Origin: a virus
Lineage: Duplodnaviria > Caudoviricetes
Length of the DNA stretch: 64,000 bases
Virus record (IMG/VR): IMGVR_UViG_3300034062_006701
Direction: 5' to 3' (one strand)
A model generated the notes under the pieces. It was given only the letters and a program-made list of their open reading frames with translations. It ran no database searches and was not told where the DNA came from. Both the position numbers and the translations under genes were made by a program. Each line of letters opens with the position of its first letter. The first letter of the stretch is position 1. Positions 1 to 10,575 of this stretch are shown in pieces.

Positions 1-2
1 AA

Positions 3-3000
3 AGAAAGCTTATTACCCTCGATCAAGGTGAAATCGGATACACTATAGACTCAAAGCGTCTGTTTGTTGGTGATGGCATCATGCCTGGTGGTATTAGTGC
101 AGGTGTTAAGTTTTATAATGCTACAGACATTACCACAGATACAACTCTTGCAACAGCAATAACAGGCGACGTTGTATATGATCAGAGTCAAACCCTATAT
201 TATATCCTAACAGGTGGTAGTTATAATGTTAGAGCTTCGTATAAACCATTAGCGCAAATAACACTAACACAGACTACAAATACACTAAATTTCTCTGGTG
301 CACCCTATGTGGAATCCGGTGTAACTGGTGGTATACGGCCTATAAGTGGTTCCAATACTGCTTCCGGTACTTATTCTAATGTAGTTGGCGGTTGTTGCAA
401 TATAGCTTCTGGTAATTATTCATTTATAGGTGGTGGCTCCCTCAATACTGCTTGTGGAACTAATTCTAATGTAGCCGGTGGTGTTTGTAATATTGTTTTT
501 TGCGGCTCTTCCAATGTAGCAGGTGGTAGCCGTAATATAGCTTGTGGAAATACCTCGACTGTAGCAGGTGGTTGTTGTAATACTACTGTTGATTGTTTTA
601 CTAATGTAGCTGGTGGTCTTTGTAATAACGCTTGTAGTGCTGGTTCTAATGTTGCTGGTGGATTTGTAAATAGAGCTTCTGGACGTACTTCCAATGTAGC
701 TGGTGGTTGTAATAATACTGCTTCTGGATATTTCTCTAATGTAGCTGGTGGACGTTTTAATGTAGCTTGTGGATGTGCGTCTAATGTAGCTGGTGGTGCT
801 TATAATACAGCTTCCGGTACATATTCATTTATCGCAGGCAGTTCCGCCAATGACACCAAGGGGTTTGCTAATACCTTTATTCTCGGTACAGGGTTAAGTG
901 CTTCACAGGCAAACACTACATACGTTAATAATATTAGTTCAAGAGGGTTTATATATGGCGACGGTTCTCAACTAACCGGTATTACCGTAGCTGGTGTTGA
1001 TACCGGTGTAAGAGCATTAACCGGTAACTGGCAAAGTACCTACGGTACAGTATCAGCTTTAAGTGCTTCATGGGGTACCGGTGGGGGTAGTGGTATTGAT
1101 ACTGGTGTAAGAGCGTTAACCGGTAACTGGCAAAGTACCTACGGTACAGTATCAGCTTTAAGTGCTTTATGGAGTACAGGTGGATATACGACAGATTCCG
1201 GTGTAAGAGCATTAACTGGTAACTGGCAAAGTACCTACGGTACAGTATCAGCTTTAAGTGCTTCATGGGGCACAGCTTATTCATCATGGAACAGTGCCTC
1301 AGGGACATCTGTTCTAGAATTCAATGACACAAGATTTTCAAAATTATCAAGTCAGGCGTATTGTATAAATTCTGCCGGCTTAAAATCAATTCAGCCTATT
1401 AATGGGTTTAATACAGCTTCTAACTCATACTCTAATATTGCTGGAGGTGAATGCAACATTGCCTCTGCAAACTGGTCTAGTGTAGGCGGTGGTGAGTGTA
1501 ATAGAGCCACCGCAGATTATTCTACTATCGTCGGCGGCTTTAGTTCACAAGCTACGGGTAATAATTCTAGTATAGGCGGTGGTACCCTCAATATAGCAAG
1601 TGGAAATTGTTCTAATGTAGCTGGTGGTTGCAAGAATACAGCTTCTGGATGTTATTCTAACGTAGCTGGCGGTAAAGCAAATAGAGCCTCTGGACCGAGA
1701 TCAAATGTAGCAGGTGGTGAAAGCAACACAGCTTCCGGTTATTGGTCTAACGTAGCAGGCGGTGACGCTAATACAGCCTGTGGTAGTCGCTCTAATATAG
1801 CAGGTGGAAGCAGTAATACTGCTTCTTGCGGCTTTTCCAATGTAGCTGGTGGTAGTGGTAATATAGCGTGTGGAGCTAACTCTAATATAGCTGGTGGTTG
1901 TAATAATACAGCCTCTGGTTGTAATTCTAGTGTAGGTGGCGGTGAGTGTAATAGAGCTTCTGGAGTCAATTCAACTATCACCGGCGGTTTTAGTTCACGT
2001 GCTACTGGATGTGCTTCCAATGTAGCTGGTGGTAATAGTAATACAGCTTCTGGAAATTATTCTACTGTATCTGGTGGATATAATAATACAGCTTCAGGAT
2101 ATCATGCTAATGTAGCTGGTGGTAATAGTAATACAGCTTCTTCATCTTACTCTAATGTAGCTGGTGGATGTTGTAATCGAATACTCGGTGCTAGTAATTG
2201 TAATAGTAGTATTACCGGGGGTACTCTTAATGTAATTTGTGAAAGCACTTCTTCAGGGTATTACACAACCGGTGGTCACTATATCGGCAGTGGTTCTACT
2301 AATACTATATCATCTGTGTACGGTGATAACCGGAATAATGTACTAGTAGGCGGTGAATGTAATACAAATTCTGCTGCCTATAATGCTTTTATCGGCAGCG
2401 GTATACGCAACTGTATTGATGTGTCAGGGATCGAGTCTGCAATAGTCGGCGGTAGCTGTAATTTTATATGTCAGGGCTCTGGCTTTATAGGTGGTGGTGC
2501 TGTTAACTGTGTCACCGGCATCGGTGCATCTGTTGTAGGGGGTGCTTGTAATAGAGTTTCAGGTTCCTTTGGTAGTATTGTTGGCGGGTGTCGTAATGCA
2601 GCTTGCGGCAACTTTACATCTGTTGGCGGAGGATGTCATAACATTGTTGGACTCGGTGGAGCCGAAAGTGCTTCTACTATTGTAGGGGGTATCAGCGGGT
2701 GTATTACTCGTGGTCTAGCCTTTATCGGGGGCGGGTGTTTAAATAGAGCCAGTGGATGTGCATCATCTGTCGTAGGTGGTTGTTGTAATATCGTTCTTTG
2801 TGCGAATTCAACTATCGTGGGTGGAATTAGTAGTTGTAATAATGGCACTAATTCATTTATTGGAGGTGGTAGGTGTAATAGTATTGCTACTGGTGGAGGA
2901 CCTTCCGGTGGTTTTATACTTGGTGGAACTCTTAATAGAGTCACAGGCCTCGGTGGGTTTATCGGTGCAGGTTGTACTAATTGTGTTAGCGGTACTAATA

Positions 3001-3974
3001 GTGTAGTAGCAGGCGGTGAGTGTAATACATCTAGCGGTACCACTAGCTTTATCGGCAGTGGTGGGTGTAATAGAGCATCGTTTTTTTATTCCACTGTGGT
3101 TAACGGATTTTCAAATACAACTTGTTGTCAATATTCTACTGTAATCAATGGATTAAGTTCACAAGCTATAAATGATTATGCAATTATCGGTACCGGTACA
3201 TGTAATAATGCTTCCGGTAGATATTCAACTGTTATCAATGGATTCAGTTCTTGTGCTACTGGATACGCCACTTTCGTAGGAGCAGGTTCTGGAAATTGTG
3301 CTACCGCAGCTTATGATGTGGTTATTGGTGGAGCTCTCAATACAGCATGTGGATCTTTTTCTAATGTAGCTGGTGGGTGTCGTAATACAGCTAACGGATA
3401 TTCTAATGTAGCTGGTGGGTATTGTAATACTGCTTCTGGAAATTCTAATGTAGCTGGAGGTAGTAGTAATATAGCTTGCGGCTTAAATTCTACTATATCT
3501 GGTGGATATAAAAATACAGCTTCTGTATATTTTTCAAATGTAGCTGGTGGGTTTTGTAATACTGCTTCTGGAAATTATTCTACTGTATCTGGTGGATATA
3601 ATAATACAGCTTCAGGATATCATGCTAATGTAGCTGGTGGTCTTTGTAATAACGCTTGTGGAGTTAGTTCGAATGTAGCTGGTGGTAGAAATAATACTGC
3701 TTCTGGTACTTATTCTTTCGTAGCTGGTGGCTCTGCTAATAACACAAGTGGTTTTGCTAATACCTTTATTCTCGGTACAGGTTTAAGTGCTTCACAGGTC
3801 AGCTATACATATGTTAATAATATTAGCTCAAGAAACGTGGTATCCGCAAATATATTACGTATAGGTAATGCTGTTACATCTGCATCGGTTACAACAGTCG
3901 CACGTACAATAGAAGTGTTTGATCGTGACGGCGGATCGCTAGGGTTTATTCCTATATATAGTACAAGAGCATAA
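3..3974 (+). CDS. Tail fibre/adhesin-like Gly-Asn-Ser-Cys repeat protein (5'-partial; frame open from window start)
   Basis: Frame is open upstream of the ATG at 81 (RKLITLDQGEIGYTIDSKRLFVGDG, an N-terminal fibre-type motif). Dozens of ~14-aa SNVAGGxxNxASGxY repeats. Confidence 0.75.
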   Translation, partial: RKLITLDQGEIGYTIDSKRLFVGDGIMPGGISAGVKFYNATDITTDTTLATAITGDVVYDQSQTLYYILTGGSYNVRASYKPLAQITLTQTTNTLNFSGAPYVESGVTGGIRPISGSNTASGTYSNVVGGCCNIASGNYSFIGGGSLNTACGTNSNVAGGVCNIVFCGSSNVAGGSRNIACGNTSTVAGGCCNTTVDCFTNVAGGLCNNACSAGSNVAGGFVNRASGRTSNVAGGCNNTASGYFSNVAGGRFNVACGCASNVAGGAYNTASGTYSFIAGSSANDTKGFANTFILGTGLSASQANTTYVNNISSRGFIYGDGSQLTGITVAGVDTGVRALTGNWQSTYGTVSALSASWGTGGGSGIDTGVRALTGNWQSTYGTVSALSALWSTGGYTTDSGVRALTGNWQSTYGTVSALSASWGTAYSSWNSASGTSVLEFNDTRFSKLSSQAYCINSAGLKSIQPINGFNTASNSYSNIAGGECNIASANWSSVGGGECNRATADYSTIVGGFSSQATGNNSSIGGGTLNIASGNCSNVAGGCKNTASGCYSNVAGGKANRASGPRSNVAGGESNTASGYWSNVAGGDANTACGSRSNIAGGSSNTASCGFSNVAGGSGNIACGANSNIAGGCNNTASGCNSSVGGGECNRASGVNSTITGGFSSRATGCASNVAGGNSNTASGNYSTVSGGYNNTASGYHANVAGGNSNTASSSYSNVAGGCCNRILGASNCNSSITGGTLNVICESTSSGYYTTGGHYIGSGSTNTISSVYGDNRNNVLVGGECNTNSAAYNAFIGSGIRNCIDVSGIESAIVGGSCNFICQGSGFIGGGAVNCVTGIGASVVGGACNRVSGSFGSIVGGCRNAACGNFTSVGGGCHNIVGLGGAESASTIVGGISGCITRGLAFIGGGCLNRASGCASSVVGGCCNIVLCANSTIVGGISSCNNGTNSFIGGGRCNSIATGGGPSGGFILGGTLNRVTGLGGFIGAGCTNCVSGTNSVVAGGECNTSSGTTSFIGSGGCNRASFFYSTVVNGFSNTTCCQYSTVINGLSSQAINDYAIIGTGTCNNASGRYSTVINGFSSCATGYATFVGAGSGNCATAAYDVVIGGALNTACGSFSNVAGGCRNTANGYSNVAGGYCNTASGNSNVAGGSSNIACGLNSTISGGYKNTASVYFSNVAGGFCNTASGNYSTVSGGYNNTASGYHANVAGGLCNNACGVSSNVAGGRNNTASGTYSFVAGGSANNTSGFANTFILGTGLSASQVSYTYVNNISSRNVVSANILRIGNAVTSASVTTVARTIEVFDRDGGSLGFIPIYSTRA
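993..1272 (+). repeat. Three near-identical in-frame tandem repeats (GVRALTGNWQSTYGTVSALSA)
   Basis: ggtgtaagagc(a/g)ttaac(c/t)ggtaactggcaaagtacctacggtacagtatcagctttaagtgct occurs three times. Confidence 0.95.
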
Positions 3975-4023
3975 TAATAATAATACCTGTTGTTTTCTAT
4001 ATTTTTAATATTAAAATATAGAT

Positions 4024-4965
4024 ATGTCAGACAAATATATTGTATTTCACATAGATGGTGGAGCTGGTAAAAACGTTATTGCAACAGCAGTATGCCGTTC
4101 AATTAAAGCAGCTTACCCTGAACACAATCTTGTAGTTGTAACAGCTTACCCAGAGGTGTTTCTTCACAATCCTAACGTTTATAGGGTGTATAAGTTTGGT
4201 AATTTACCGTACTTTTATGATGATTATATTAAGAATAAAGAATCAAAGATCCTAAGACTTGAGCCTTATCATACGGAAGATTTTCTTTATCGTCGCAAGC
4301 ATCTAAGTGAAATTTGGTGTGATCTTTTTAATGTACCGACAACAGGTGAAAAGCCTGAGATTTATCTCACCCAGCGTGAACTGATGTTTATTAGTCGTCA
4401 GTATCAAGACACTCGCCCTGTTCTATTGATTCAACCCTCTGGTGGTGCAGACACCCAGCCTCATCCCTATAGCTGGGCTCGTGACCTTCCACCGTCAATA
4501 GCACAAGATGTAGTAAATGGTGTGAAGGATAAATTTAAATCTATTGTACATGTAAGACGTGAAAATCAAACACCTCTTGAAAATACAATAGCGCTAACAG
4601 ATAATCTAAGACACCTCTTCTGTCACGTTGCTCTTGCTGATAAGATTCTCGGTGTAGATTCTCTAATCCAGCACGTTGCAGCAGCTCTCAATAAACCAGC
4701 AACTGTATGTTGGATTACAAATTCACCAAAGGTTTTTGGGTACAGTATTCATAACAATATCCTAGCAAAAGGACATAAGAGCTTTAGTCATCAGATTGAT
4801 CATTATCTTGATCAGGCAGATTGGGTAGGTAATAATTTCTACCAATGTAATTATACAGACTTAAACACTATTTTCGATAGACAGCAAATTATTGAATCTC
4901 TTCTTGGATCTAAGAAAGAGCTACTCTTTGATATTGATGTCAACAAACACTCTATAACCCTATGA
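4024..4965 (+). CDS. Glycosyltransferase, GT9/heptosyltransferase-like
   Basis: N-terminal GGAGKNVIATAVCRSIK and C-terminal ILGVDSLIQHVAAALNKPATVCW resemble the GT9 GT-B fold. Confidence 0.7.
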   Translation: MSDKYIVFHIDGGAGKNVIATAVCRSIKAAYPEHNLVVVTAYPEVFLHNPNVYRVYKFGNLPYFYDDYIKNKESKILRLEPYHTEDFLYRRKHLSEIWCDLFNVPTTGEKPEIYLTQRELMFISRQYQDTRPVLLIQPSGGADTQPHPYSWARDLPPSIAQDVVNGVKDKFKSIVHVRRENQTPLENTIALTDNLRHLFCHVALADKILGVDSLIQHVAAALNKPATVCWITNSPKVFGYSIHNNILAKGHKSFSHQIDHYLDQADWVGNNFYQCNYTDLNTIFDRQQIIESLLGSKKELLFDIDVNKHSITL

Positions 4966-5780
4966 TATTCTTTAATTCATCAATGCCAAGGTCCATGTCG
5001 ACCTTGCTACAATGTATACTCAATCAGAACCCACAAGTATGTGCTACTCCAACAGACGGTGTATTAGAGTACCTATATGGTGCACGTGCTAACTATACTT
5101 CAACACCAGAGGTTAAAGCCATAGATAAGGAACTAGCTTTAAAGACTTGGCGAGGGTTTTGTTGGGGAGGTCTCGAGGGTTATGCAAAGGCATATACCAA
5201 TAAGGATCATATTTGTATTAAAACAAGAGGTGCTACAATTCACCATGATTGGTTTAATTCATTTATGCCATATGATATGAAGTGCATTGTAATGGTGAGG
5301 AATCTTAAGAGTATTGTCTCCTCTATGGAGAAGCTCTATAGGTCAAATCAAGAAAACCATCAAGAGATACAAAACCACGCAGCGATGACCGGTACGAGTA
5401 CCGCTAAGAGAGTCGATTCATGGTTTGCAAGTCCACCGGTTGGATTGGCGTTAGAACGTCTACAGCAGTGCTTCCTTGAAGGTACAAACAAAAACTTTTT
5501 ATACGTACGAGCTGAAGATCTTACTAGCTACCCTGATCGGGAGATGAATAAGATTTATAATTATCTTGGTCTTGACCCGTTTAAGCATGACTTTGATAAT
5601 GTAGAGCAAACAATAAAAGAAGATGATTCTGTATACGGTCTATCATCTACATTACACACAATTAGAAAATCTGTAAAACCCCTGACACCGGACTATACAC
5701 AGGTACTAGGACCACAGATATGTGATTGGATTGATAATACATTCCAGAACTATCAAAGAATGTTTGGCTATATTAAATAA
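4962..5780 (+). CDS. Sulfotransferase family protein
   Basis: PAPS-binding-like loop SSMPRSMSTLLQCIL, VMVRN motif, YVRAEDL...P.REMNKIYNYLGL. Confidence 0.8.
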   Translation: MIFFNSSMPRSMSTLLQCILNQNPQVCATPTDGVLEYLYGARANYTSTPEVKAIDKELALKTWRGFCWGGLEGYAKAYTNKDHICIKTRGATIHHDWFNSFMPYDMKCIVMVRNLKSIVSSMEKLYRSNQENHQEIQNHAAMTGTSTAKRVDSWFASPPVGLALERLQQCFLEGTNKNFLYVRAEDLTSYPDREMNKIYNYLGLDPFKHDFDNVEQTIKEDDSVYGLSSTLHTIRKSVKPLTPDYTQVLGPQICDWIDNTFQNYQRMFGYIK

Positions 5781-5788
5781 TATAGCCA

Positions 5789-5962
5789 ATGACATTTAAA
5801 GAATACCTGAAGACACCAGAAGCAAAACGCAAAATTAAACAGATTATAAAGAAGAGACACGCTTTGCCTGTATGCACTAAATCACGTCATATGGATACAA
5901 GCAATATGGGATCAACTGCAGCATTACCTGCTGCATCACCTACACAGCCTTCTTTAAGTTGA
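5789..5962 (+). CDS. Small hypothetical protein (57 aa, MTFKEYLK...)
   Basis: Translated by hand; follows a TTAAATA box. Confidence 0.55.
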   Translation: MTFKEYLKTPEAKRKIKQIIKKRHALPVCTKSRHMDTSNMGSTAALPAASPTQPSLS

Positions 5963-5995
5963 AAAATCAAATAAACAGAATAAATCTTATTATAT

Positions 5996-6190
5996 ATGTC
6001 AACAAACACATCCAACACACTAACAGAACTCGTAGCTTCTTTTGCTCTTGATGCAGAGAAATTTTACAGCGGAAATAACGCTGCTGGAGCTCGCGCAAGA
6101 AAGACTCTTCAGGAGATCATTAAGTATGGTCGCACGGAGAGAAAGACAATACAAGAGACAAAGAACGCACGTAAGGCAACTAAGGAGTAA
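5996..6190 (+). CDS. Histone H1-like Hc1-family small basic protein
   Basis: FALDAEKFYSGNNAAGARARKTLQEI pattern. Confidence 0.7.
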   Translation: MSTNTSNTLTELVASFALDAEKFYSGNNAAGARARKTLQEIIKYGRTERKTIQETKNARKATKE

Positions 6191-6443
6191 TTTCTCTCCA
6201 TTTTGGCTGCGGTAGCGGGCATTCTGTTGTCACTAATGGTAATTTAGCAATAGTAGAACAACCGCAAACCTTACATAAGCCAGTATTAACAAAGCCTGTG
6301 GGATCCCAATGCTCACAGGCTTTGCACTGTTTAATGCGCTCCTCATACTGCTCGTCCGTTACAAGACCAAAGTCATTCTTTGACCACTTAATAACCTCTT
6401 CGGTTACACTTTTTATTTTCGATGTAATAGACGGCTTATTCAT
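6180..6443 (-). CDS. Hypothetical protein with CxxC pairs (possible Zn/Fe-S binding)
   Basis: CKAC...CKVCGC...ECP. Confidence 0.65.
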   Translation of the reverse strand: MNKPSITSKIKSVTEEVIKWSKNDFGLVTDEQYEERIKQCKACEHWDPTGFVNTGLCKVCGCSTIAKLPLVTTECPLPQPKWREITP

Positions 6444-6627
6444 CGTATTCTACAAATCCCTCTTCAACGAGGTATTGGGTTAATTTTAGTAAATCTTCTT
6501 CAGCTATATCATCATCGATATCTGCATACTCCACATAAACAGACGTCCTACCGTTCCACTCCATGACATCAACAATATATTGTATGCCCTGAAAAGTTAT
6601 ACGAAAGGTAGTGCCGTCGTTGTTCAC
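6436..6627 (-). CDS. Hypothetical protein
   Basis: ORF track; tightly packed operon. Confidence 0.65.
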   Translation of the reverse strand: MNNDGTTFRITFQGIQYIVDVMEWNGRTSVYVEYADIDDDIAEEDLLKLTQYLVEEGFVEYDE

Positions 6628-6839
6628 ACAATTTTCTGAATAAACTGTAATGCTTTAGGTGCTGAATTAATATTCAAAAAGAACTGTCTACCATCCTTTT
6701 GGTAGATTGTCCCCCATGCATGTGTATTGCTCATTGGTTCACGCTGCACTGAACCAATATTTTCCCAGTTATTTGTTTCAAATGCTGTTTGAGCTGCAGC
6801 TAAAACCTGAAGATCTTTCTTGAGTGTTTCGTTTAACAT
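6624..6839 (-). CDS. Hypothetical protein
   Basis: ORF track. Confidence 0.65.
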   Translation of the reverse strand: MLNETLKKDLQVLAAAQTAFETNNWENIGSVQREPMSNTHAWGTIYQKDGRQFFLNINSAPKALQFIQKIV

Positions 6840-6872
6840 ATATAATAATTTATGATATGCTCGTTTACAGAT

Positions 6873-7133
6873 CTACTTTTTTCTTAGTTGTATCTCTGTT
6901 TTTTCTAACTTATCACCCTTATCCCATGTCTTACCGTCCTGATCACATTTATACTCGATCTTATTGCCGATAATATTGTCTTTCTTACCCTTTATCTTAC
7001 TAACCTTTGTAACAACACCTTTACTTTTATAGTGTTTGCATTCTTTATTACAATCCTCGACATTATCTCCAACCTTTAATTCATTAGGTCGGAGATTTGT
7101 CTTTTCTATAAAGGTCTTAAACGTGATAGGCAC
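6873..7133 (-). CDS. Small basic protein with capsid-targeting-like N-terminus
   Basis: GTG start 5 nt after an AATAAATA box; MPITFKTFIEK. Confidence 0.65.
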   Translation of the reverse strand: MPITFKTFIEKTNLRPNELKVGDNVEDCNKECKHYKSKGVVTKVSKIKGKKDNIIGNKIEYKCDQDGKTWDKGDKLEKTEIQLRKK

Positions 7134-7144
7134 GTATATATTTA

Positions 7145-7639
7145 TTATTTACGCTTCTTTGCTTTAGTGAATCTCCCCTTCTTGTCGCGCGCTGGACCGG
7201 TCTTCTTCTTTACATTAGAGGGAACACGTTGAAACTTAACTGAATGAATAGCGTTCTGAATACGCTGGAGCCATTCCTGATGTGCTTGATCATATAGTGC
7301 ACTGAGTCCTTCATTTACGAGATAATCAATACGGCTAAAGGTAAACTCTTTGTTATCACTGTATCTACCACCGCGTACGAGTGATTGGATAGCTAGCAAA
7401 GCATTCTCTATATCCGTCTCACCTCCTTGATCGTATGGTGCCTTTACAAGGTCATCTGAGTGATATGCTAGCTTATAAGCTACAAATGCCTTACTATTAA
7501 TTTTCTTAAGGATGCTACTATTATGTAAATTGAGCTTACAAAAAATAGGGTGTGTCGATGCTTTAATAACAGTATCTGTAATACCGTTATAAACTGCTTT
7601 AGCGATTTTTGCCTTAATGGTTGGTGTTGTATTACTCAT
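7145..7639 (-). CDS. Hypothetical protein with basic C-terminus
   Basis: ORF track. Confidence 0.65.
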   Translation of the reverse strand: MSNTTPTIKAKIAKAVYNGITDTVIKASTHPIFCKLNLHNSSILKKINSKAFVAYKLAYHSDDLVKAPYDQGGETDIENALLAIQSLVRGGRYSDNKEFTFSRIDYLVNEGLSALYDQAHQEWLQRIQNAIHSVKFQRVPSNVKKKTGPARDKKGRFTKAKKRK

Positions 7640-8088
7640 TCTGTATAGAGATTAGATTCTTTAGAGAGTGATGGCAACTCAATTCTTATACAATCTATAT
7701 TATAGAACTTAAAAATATCCAGAGCACTCATATCTTTAGTGTATATATCCCTATACACTACTCGCTTAATACCATGCGCTATGATTTGTCTTGCGCATGA
7801 TGAGCATGGTAGCAATGTACATGCAAGTAAACGCCCTTCCCCTCTCTTAAAGAGAGATAACAAATTAGTCTCCGAATGCAAAATAAATGGACGTCTACCA
7901 TCTCTATCTGCCCAGAAGTAGTCTGATGCTGCTGTACCAGGTGCTAATCCATTATAAGCTACACCAAGGACGCGATTGTTATGATCGAGAGCACATGAAC
8001 CAACTTGCACATATGGGTCTTCTGATCTCAGTGCAGCAACTTCCGCTAAGCGTAAAGCATAAACATCCCATGACAATCGTTCTTTCAT
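7636..8088 (-). CDS. dCMP deaminase
   Basis: HSETN and PCSSC zinc motifs; RSEDPYVQVGSC. Confidence 0.9.
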   Translation of the reverse strand: MKERLSWDVYALRLAEVAALRSEDPYVQVGSCALDHNNRVLGVAYNGLAPGTAASDYFWADRDGRRPFILHSETNLLSLFKRGEGRLLACTLLPCSSCARQIIAHGIKRVVYRDIYTKDMSALDIFKFYNIDCIRIELPSLSKESNLYTE

Positions 8089-8092
8089 TATA

Positions 8093-8674
8093 TTATTTTA
8101 TATGGTCTAAGAAGAGATTCCATTCTGGAATTTGATGATAGTTCTTTATATAGAATGTTATTGGAAGACACTTCGGCTCTTTAGGTGGTCGAACCAGACG
8201 TAGATTAGCTTCCTCCGGTGTCATGTTAGCCTTCCGTGCGTTAACCTCTCTATGGGTAACAACACAGTTCGTCCATGATGTCTTACCTCCTCGACTCCTT
8301 GGGATAATATGATCGATATTAGCCTCGTTGGGTGTAAGTTTTTTATTTGTATACTGACAAATACCACCATCTCGTTGCCATAGGGCTTTAAACGAGAACT
8401 TAGGTCTCTTTTGCGGTACTCTATCGTATTTGCATAAGATGATGACCTTGGGAATTTTTATATCCCCTCTTACAGTTTTAATGTAATTAGAGTTTTCATC
8501 ATAAGGAAGCTTAATCCAATCTTGCCACTTATTTGGAATCATTGTTTCTGAACTTTGTATATCTAAACCTGTAGCAGAATCTGAATACATCATAGAAAGG
8601 GCATCTGCCACGGTCTTAGTACCAATAGCCTGCCAGCAACGATTCAACACAAGAACTATTTCTCCCTTTGTCAT
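8093..8674 (-). CDS. HNH endonuclease (McrA-like)
   Basis: RDGGICQYT...IDHIIPRSRGG...WTNCV...N..K. Confidence 0.9.
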   Translation of the reverse strand: MTKGEIVLVLNRCWQAIGTKTVADALSMMYSDSATGLDIQSSETMIPNKWQDWIKLPYDENSNYIKTVRGDIKIPKVIILCKYDRVPQKRPKFSFKALWQRDGGICQYTNKKLTPNEANIDHIIPRSRGGKTSWTNCVVTHREVNARKANMTPEEANLRLVRPPKEPKCLPITFYIKNYHQIPEWNLFLDHIK

Positions 8675-8723
8675 AGAATTAATCCACCTATTGTAAAACT
8701 CTTAATTTAAGATAGCAATAAAA

Positions 8724-8879
8724 TTAATACCGCTTAAAGCTTTTTTTCTTTTTGTGGTTGAAAGTTCTATACGGAGTTAATGTTGTGTCGTAAACTTTGC
8801 ATTCCTTTCTACGTTGCTGATACCAGATAAAGTCTTCCTTAGAGAGGACTACTTTATCTGCATCTGGCTCCCAACGCAT
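8724..8879 (-). CDS. Small basic hypothetical protein (51 aa)
   Basis: ATG at 8879 just after the nrdA stop; replaces the overlapping 8724..9008 call. Confidence 0.5.
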   Translation of the reverse strand: MRWEPDADKVVLSKEDFIWYQQRRKECKVYDTTLTPYRTFNHKKKKSFKRY

Positions 8880-8889
8880 ATACGTATCC

Positions 8890-10539
8890 TTATGATTCGC
8901 AATTGGAGCAAGCCAAGATGGAGCGAGCAAGTTCTTGGGCAGGGTTAGCCGAACGCTGATAGTATAAAGCTTTGATTCCCTGCTCCCATGCAAATATAAT
9001 AAGTTCATTTACATCCTTAGGCTTTGTATTAGGAGGTATCATTACATTCAATGACTGACCTTGATCAATATACTTTTGACGACCTGCAGCTTGGATGATA
9101 ATCTCTTTTTGTGGAATTTCACCGAAAGTCTTGAAGACATCCTTTTCATGCTGCGTTAGAAAATCTAAATGCTGAACCGAACCGCCCTTCTTGAGAATAG
9201 ACATCCATGTCTCATCATCATGCTTACCCTTCTCCTTAAGAAGCGCTTTAAGATACGGATTCTTATAGGTAAATTTACCCTTAGCAAGATCCTTAACATA
9301 GTAGTTTGAATTTTGAGGTTCGATAGACGGGCTTACCTGACCGAGAATAAACGAACTCGATGTCGTTGGAGCTACAGCTAATGTCGTTGTGTTGCGACGA
9401 CCATAACCCTTAAGTAGAGGTGGTTCGCCAAATTCCTTAGCTAGAGATTCAGAAGCTCTATCTGCTTTCTCTCTAATAGTCTTCCAGATCTGAGTATTGA
9501 TAATCTTCGCCTGCATTGACTCGAACGCAACCATCTTTTGCTGAAGTAAGGAATGCCAACCTAGAACACCAACGCCAATAGCGCGCTGATTGATAGCAAA
9601 GTTTCTAGGATGATCCATAAACTTCATTCCTTCGGTCTTATTAATAAACTCTGTCATTACAGCATCAAGGAAGTATACAAGTGTTTCGACAGCATCTGTA
9701 TCCTTCCAATCTTCCCAACGCTCAAGATTAAGCGAAGAAAGATCACACACAAAAGACTCATCAATACCATTTGATAACATAATTTCGCTGCAAAGGTTGC
9801 TGTGGTGAATCTTTAATCCCTTATCCTTATAGACTTGCGGGGCCTGGTTATTAGCGTTATCGGTAAAGAAGATATAAGGATATCCAGATTCAAAACGCTT
9901 CTTAATAACAGAGGCCCAGATAGTACGCTTTTCCCTGTCACCTTCCTTCATGGACTTCATCCATTCATCCGATACACAGACACCAATTGAAAGATTCTGA
10001 ATATCATCACCTTCTCCTCTAATCTTCAGGAACTCTTCAATATCAGGGTGATCAATAGGAAGATAAGCTGCAAAAGAACCACGGCGGACATTACCCTGGG
10101 AGATATAATTTGTTAATGACTCAAACACTGTTAACTGATGATGGACACCGGTTGCTTCGCCCCCAGAAGAAATCTTAGCACCTCTCGGTCTAATTGCACC
10201 AAAATATCCAGATGTACCACCGCCAACCTTAGACATAACACCGACCTCTGACATCTTATAAAGAATATCATCCATGTCATCGTTAACATAAGAACCGAAG
10301 CAAGAAATTGGTAAGCCGCGATCACGGCCGAAATTACTCCAGATAGGACTTGAAAGTGAATAGTAACCTAATTTTAAATATTCTTCGAACTTGTCTGCAA
10401 AACCTTTAATCTTTAGAAGCTTTTCAGCAGTCTTTGCGATGTCAGTAATGCGTTGTTCGGCAGTTTCTCCTTCTAGAAGGTAACCACGTTCTAGAAACTT
10501 TCTAGAATCCTTATTAAGCCAATAGATATCCTTATGCAT
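8890..10539 (-). CDS. nrdA: Ribonucleotide reductase class Ia alpha subunit (short form, no obvious ATP cone)
   Basis: PISCF, SNLCSEI, VCDLSS, AVAPTTSSS, IDQGQSLN, KALYY motifs. Confidence 0.97.
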   Translation of the reverse strand: MHKDIYWLNKDSRKFLERGYLLEGETAEQRITDIAKTAEKLLKIKGFADKFEEYLKLGYYSLSSPIWSNFGRDRGLPISCFGSYVNDDMDDILYKMSEVGVMSKVGGGTSGYFGAIRPRGAKISSGGEATGVHHQLTVFESLTNYISQGNVRRGSFAAYLPIDHPDIEEFLKIRGEGDDIQNLSIGVCVSDEWMKSMKEGDREKRTIWASVIKKRFESGYPYIFFTDNANNQAPQVYKDKGLKIHHSNLCSEIMLSNGIDESFVCDLSSLNLERWEDWKDTDAVETLVYFLDAVMTEFINKTEGMKFMDHPRNFAINQRAIGVGVLGWHSLLQQKMVAFESMQAKIINTQIWKTIREKADRASESLAKEFGEPPLLKGYGRRNTTTLAVAPTTSSSFILGQVSPSIEPQNSNYYVKDLAKGKFTYKNPYLKALLKEKGKHDDETWMSILKKGGSVQHLDFLTQHEKDVFKTFGEIPQKEIIIQAAGRQKYIDQGQSLNVMIPPNTKPKDVNELIIFAWEQGIKALYYQRSANPAQELARSILACSNCES

Positions 10540-10575
10540 ATAGTTTTATTTTAATACCTGGTTTCTAGATAACAA

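Noticed and set aside
993-1272. Direct repeats resembling a CRISPR array
   Set aside because: Repeats are about 65-85 nt, in frame within a CDS, with short low-complexity linkers and no cas genes
416-3043. Antisense and alternative-frame ORFs inside the first fibre gene (416..694, 982..1308, 1739..2020, 2636..3043, 2776..3006)
   Set aside because: Shadows of the GGN/GCN-rich repeat coding strand; the same applies to similar short ORFs inside other long genes
8724-9008. 94-aa ORF overlapping nrdA
   Set aside because: Overlaps the nrdA 3' end by ~120 nt; ATG 8879 gives a non-overlapping gene
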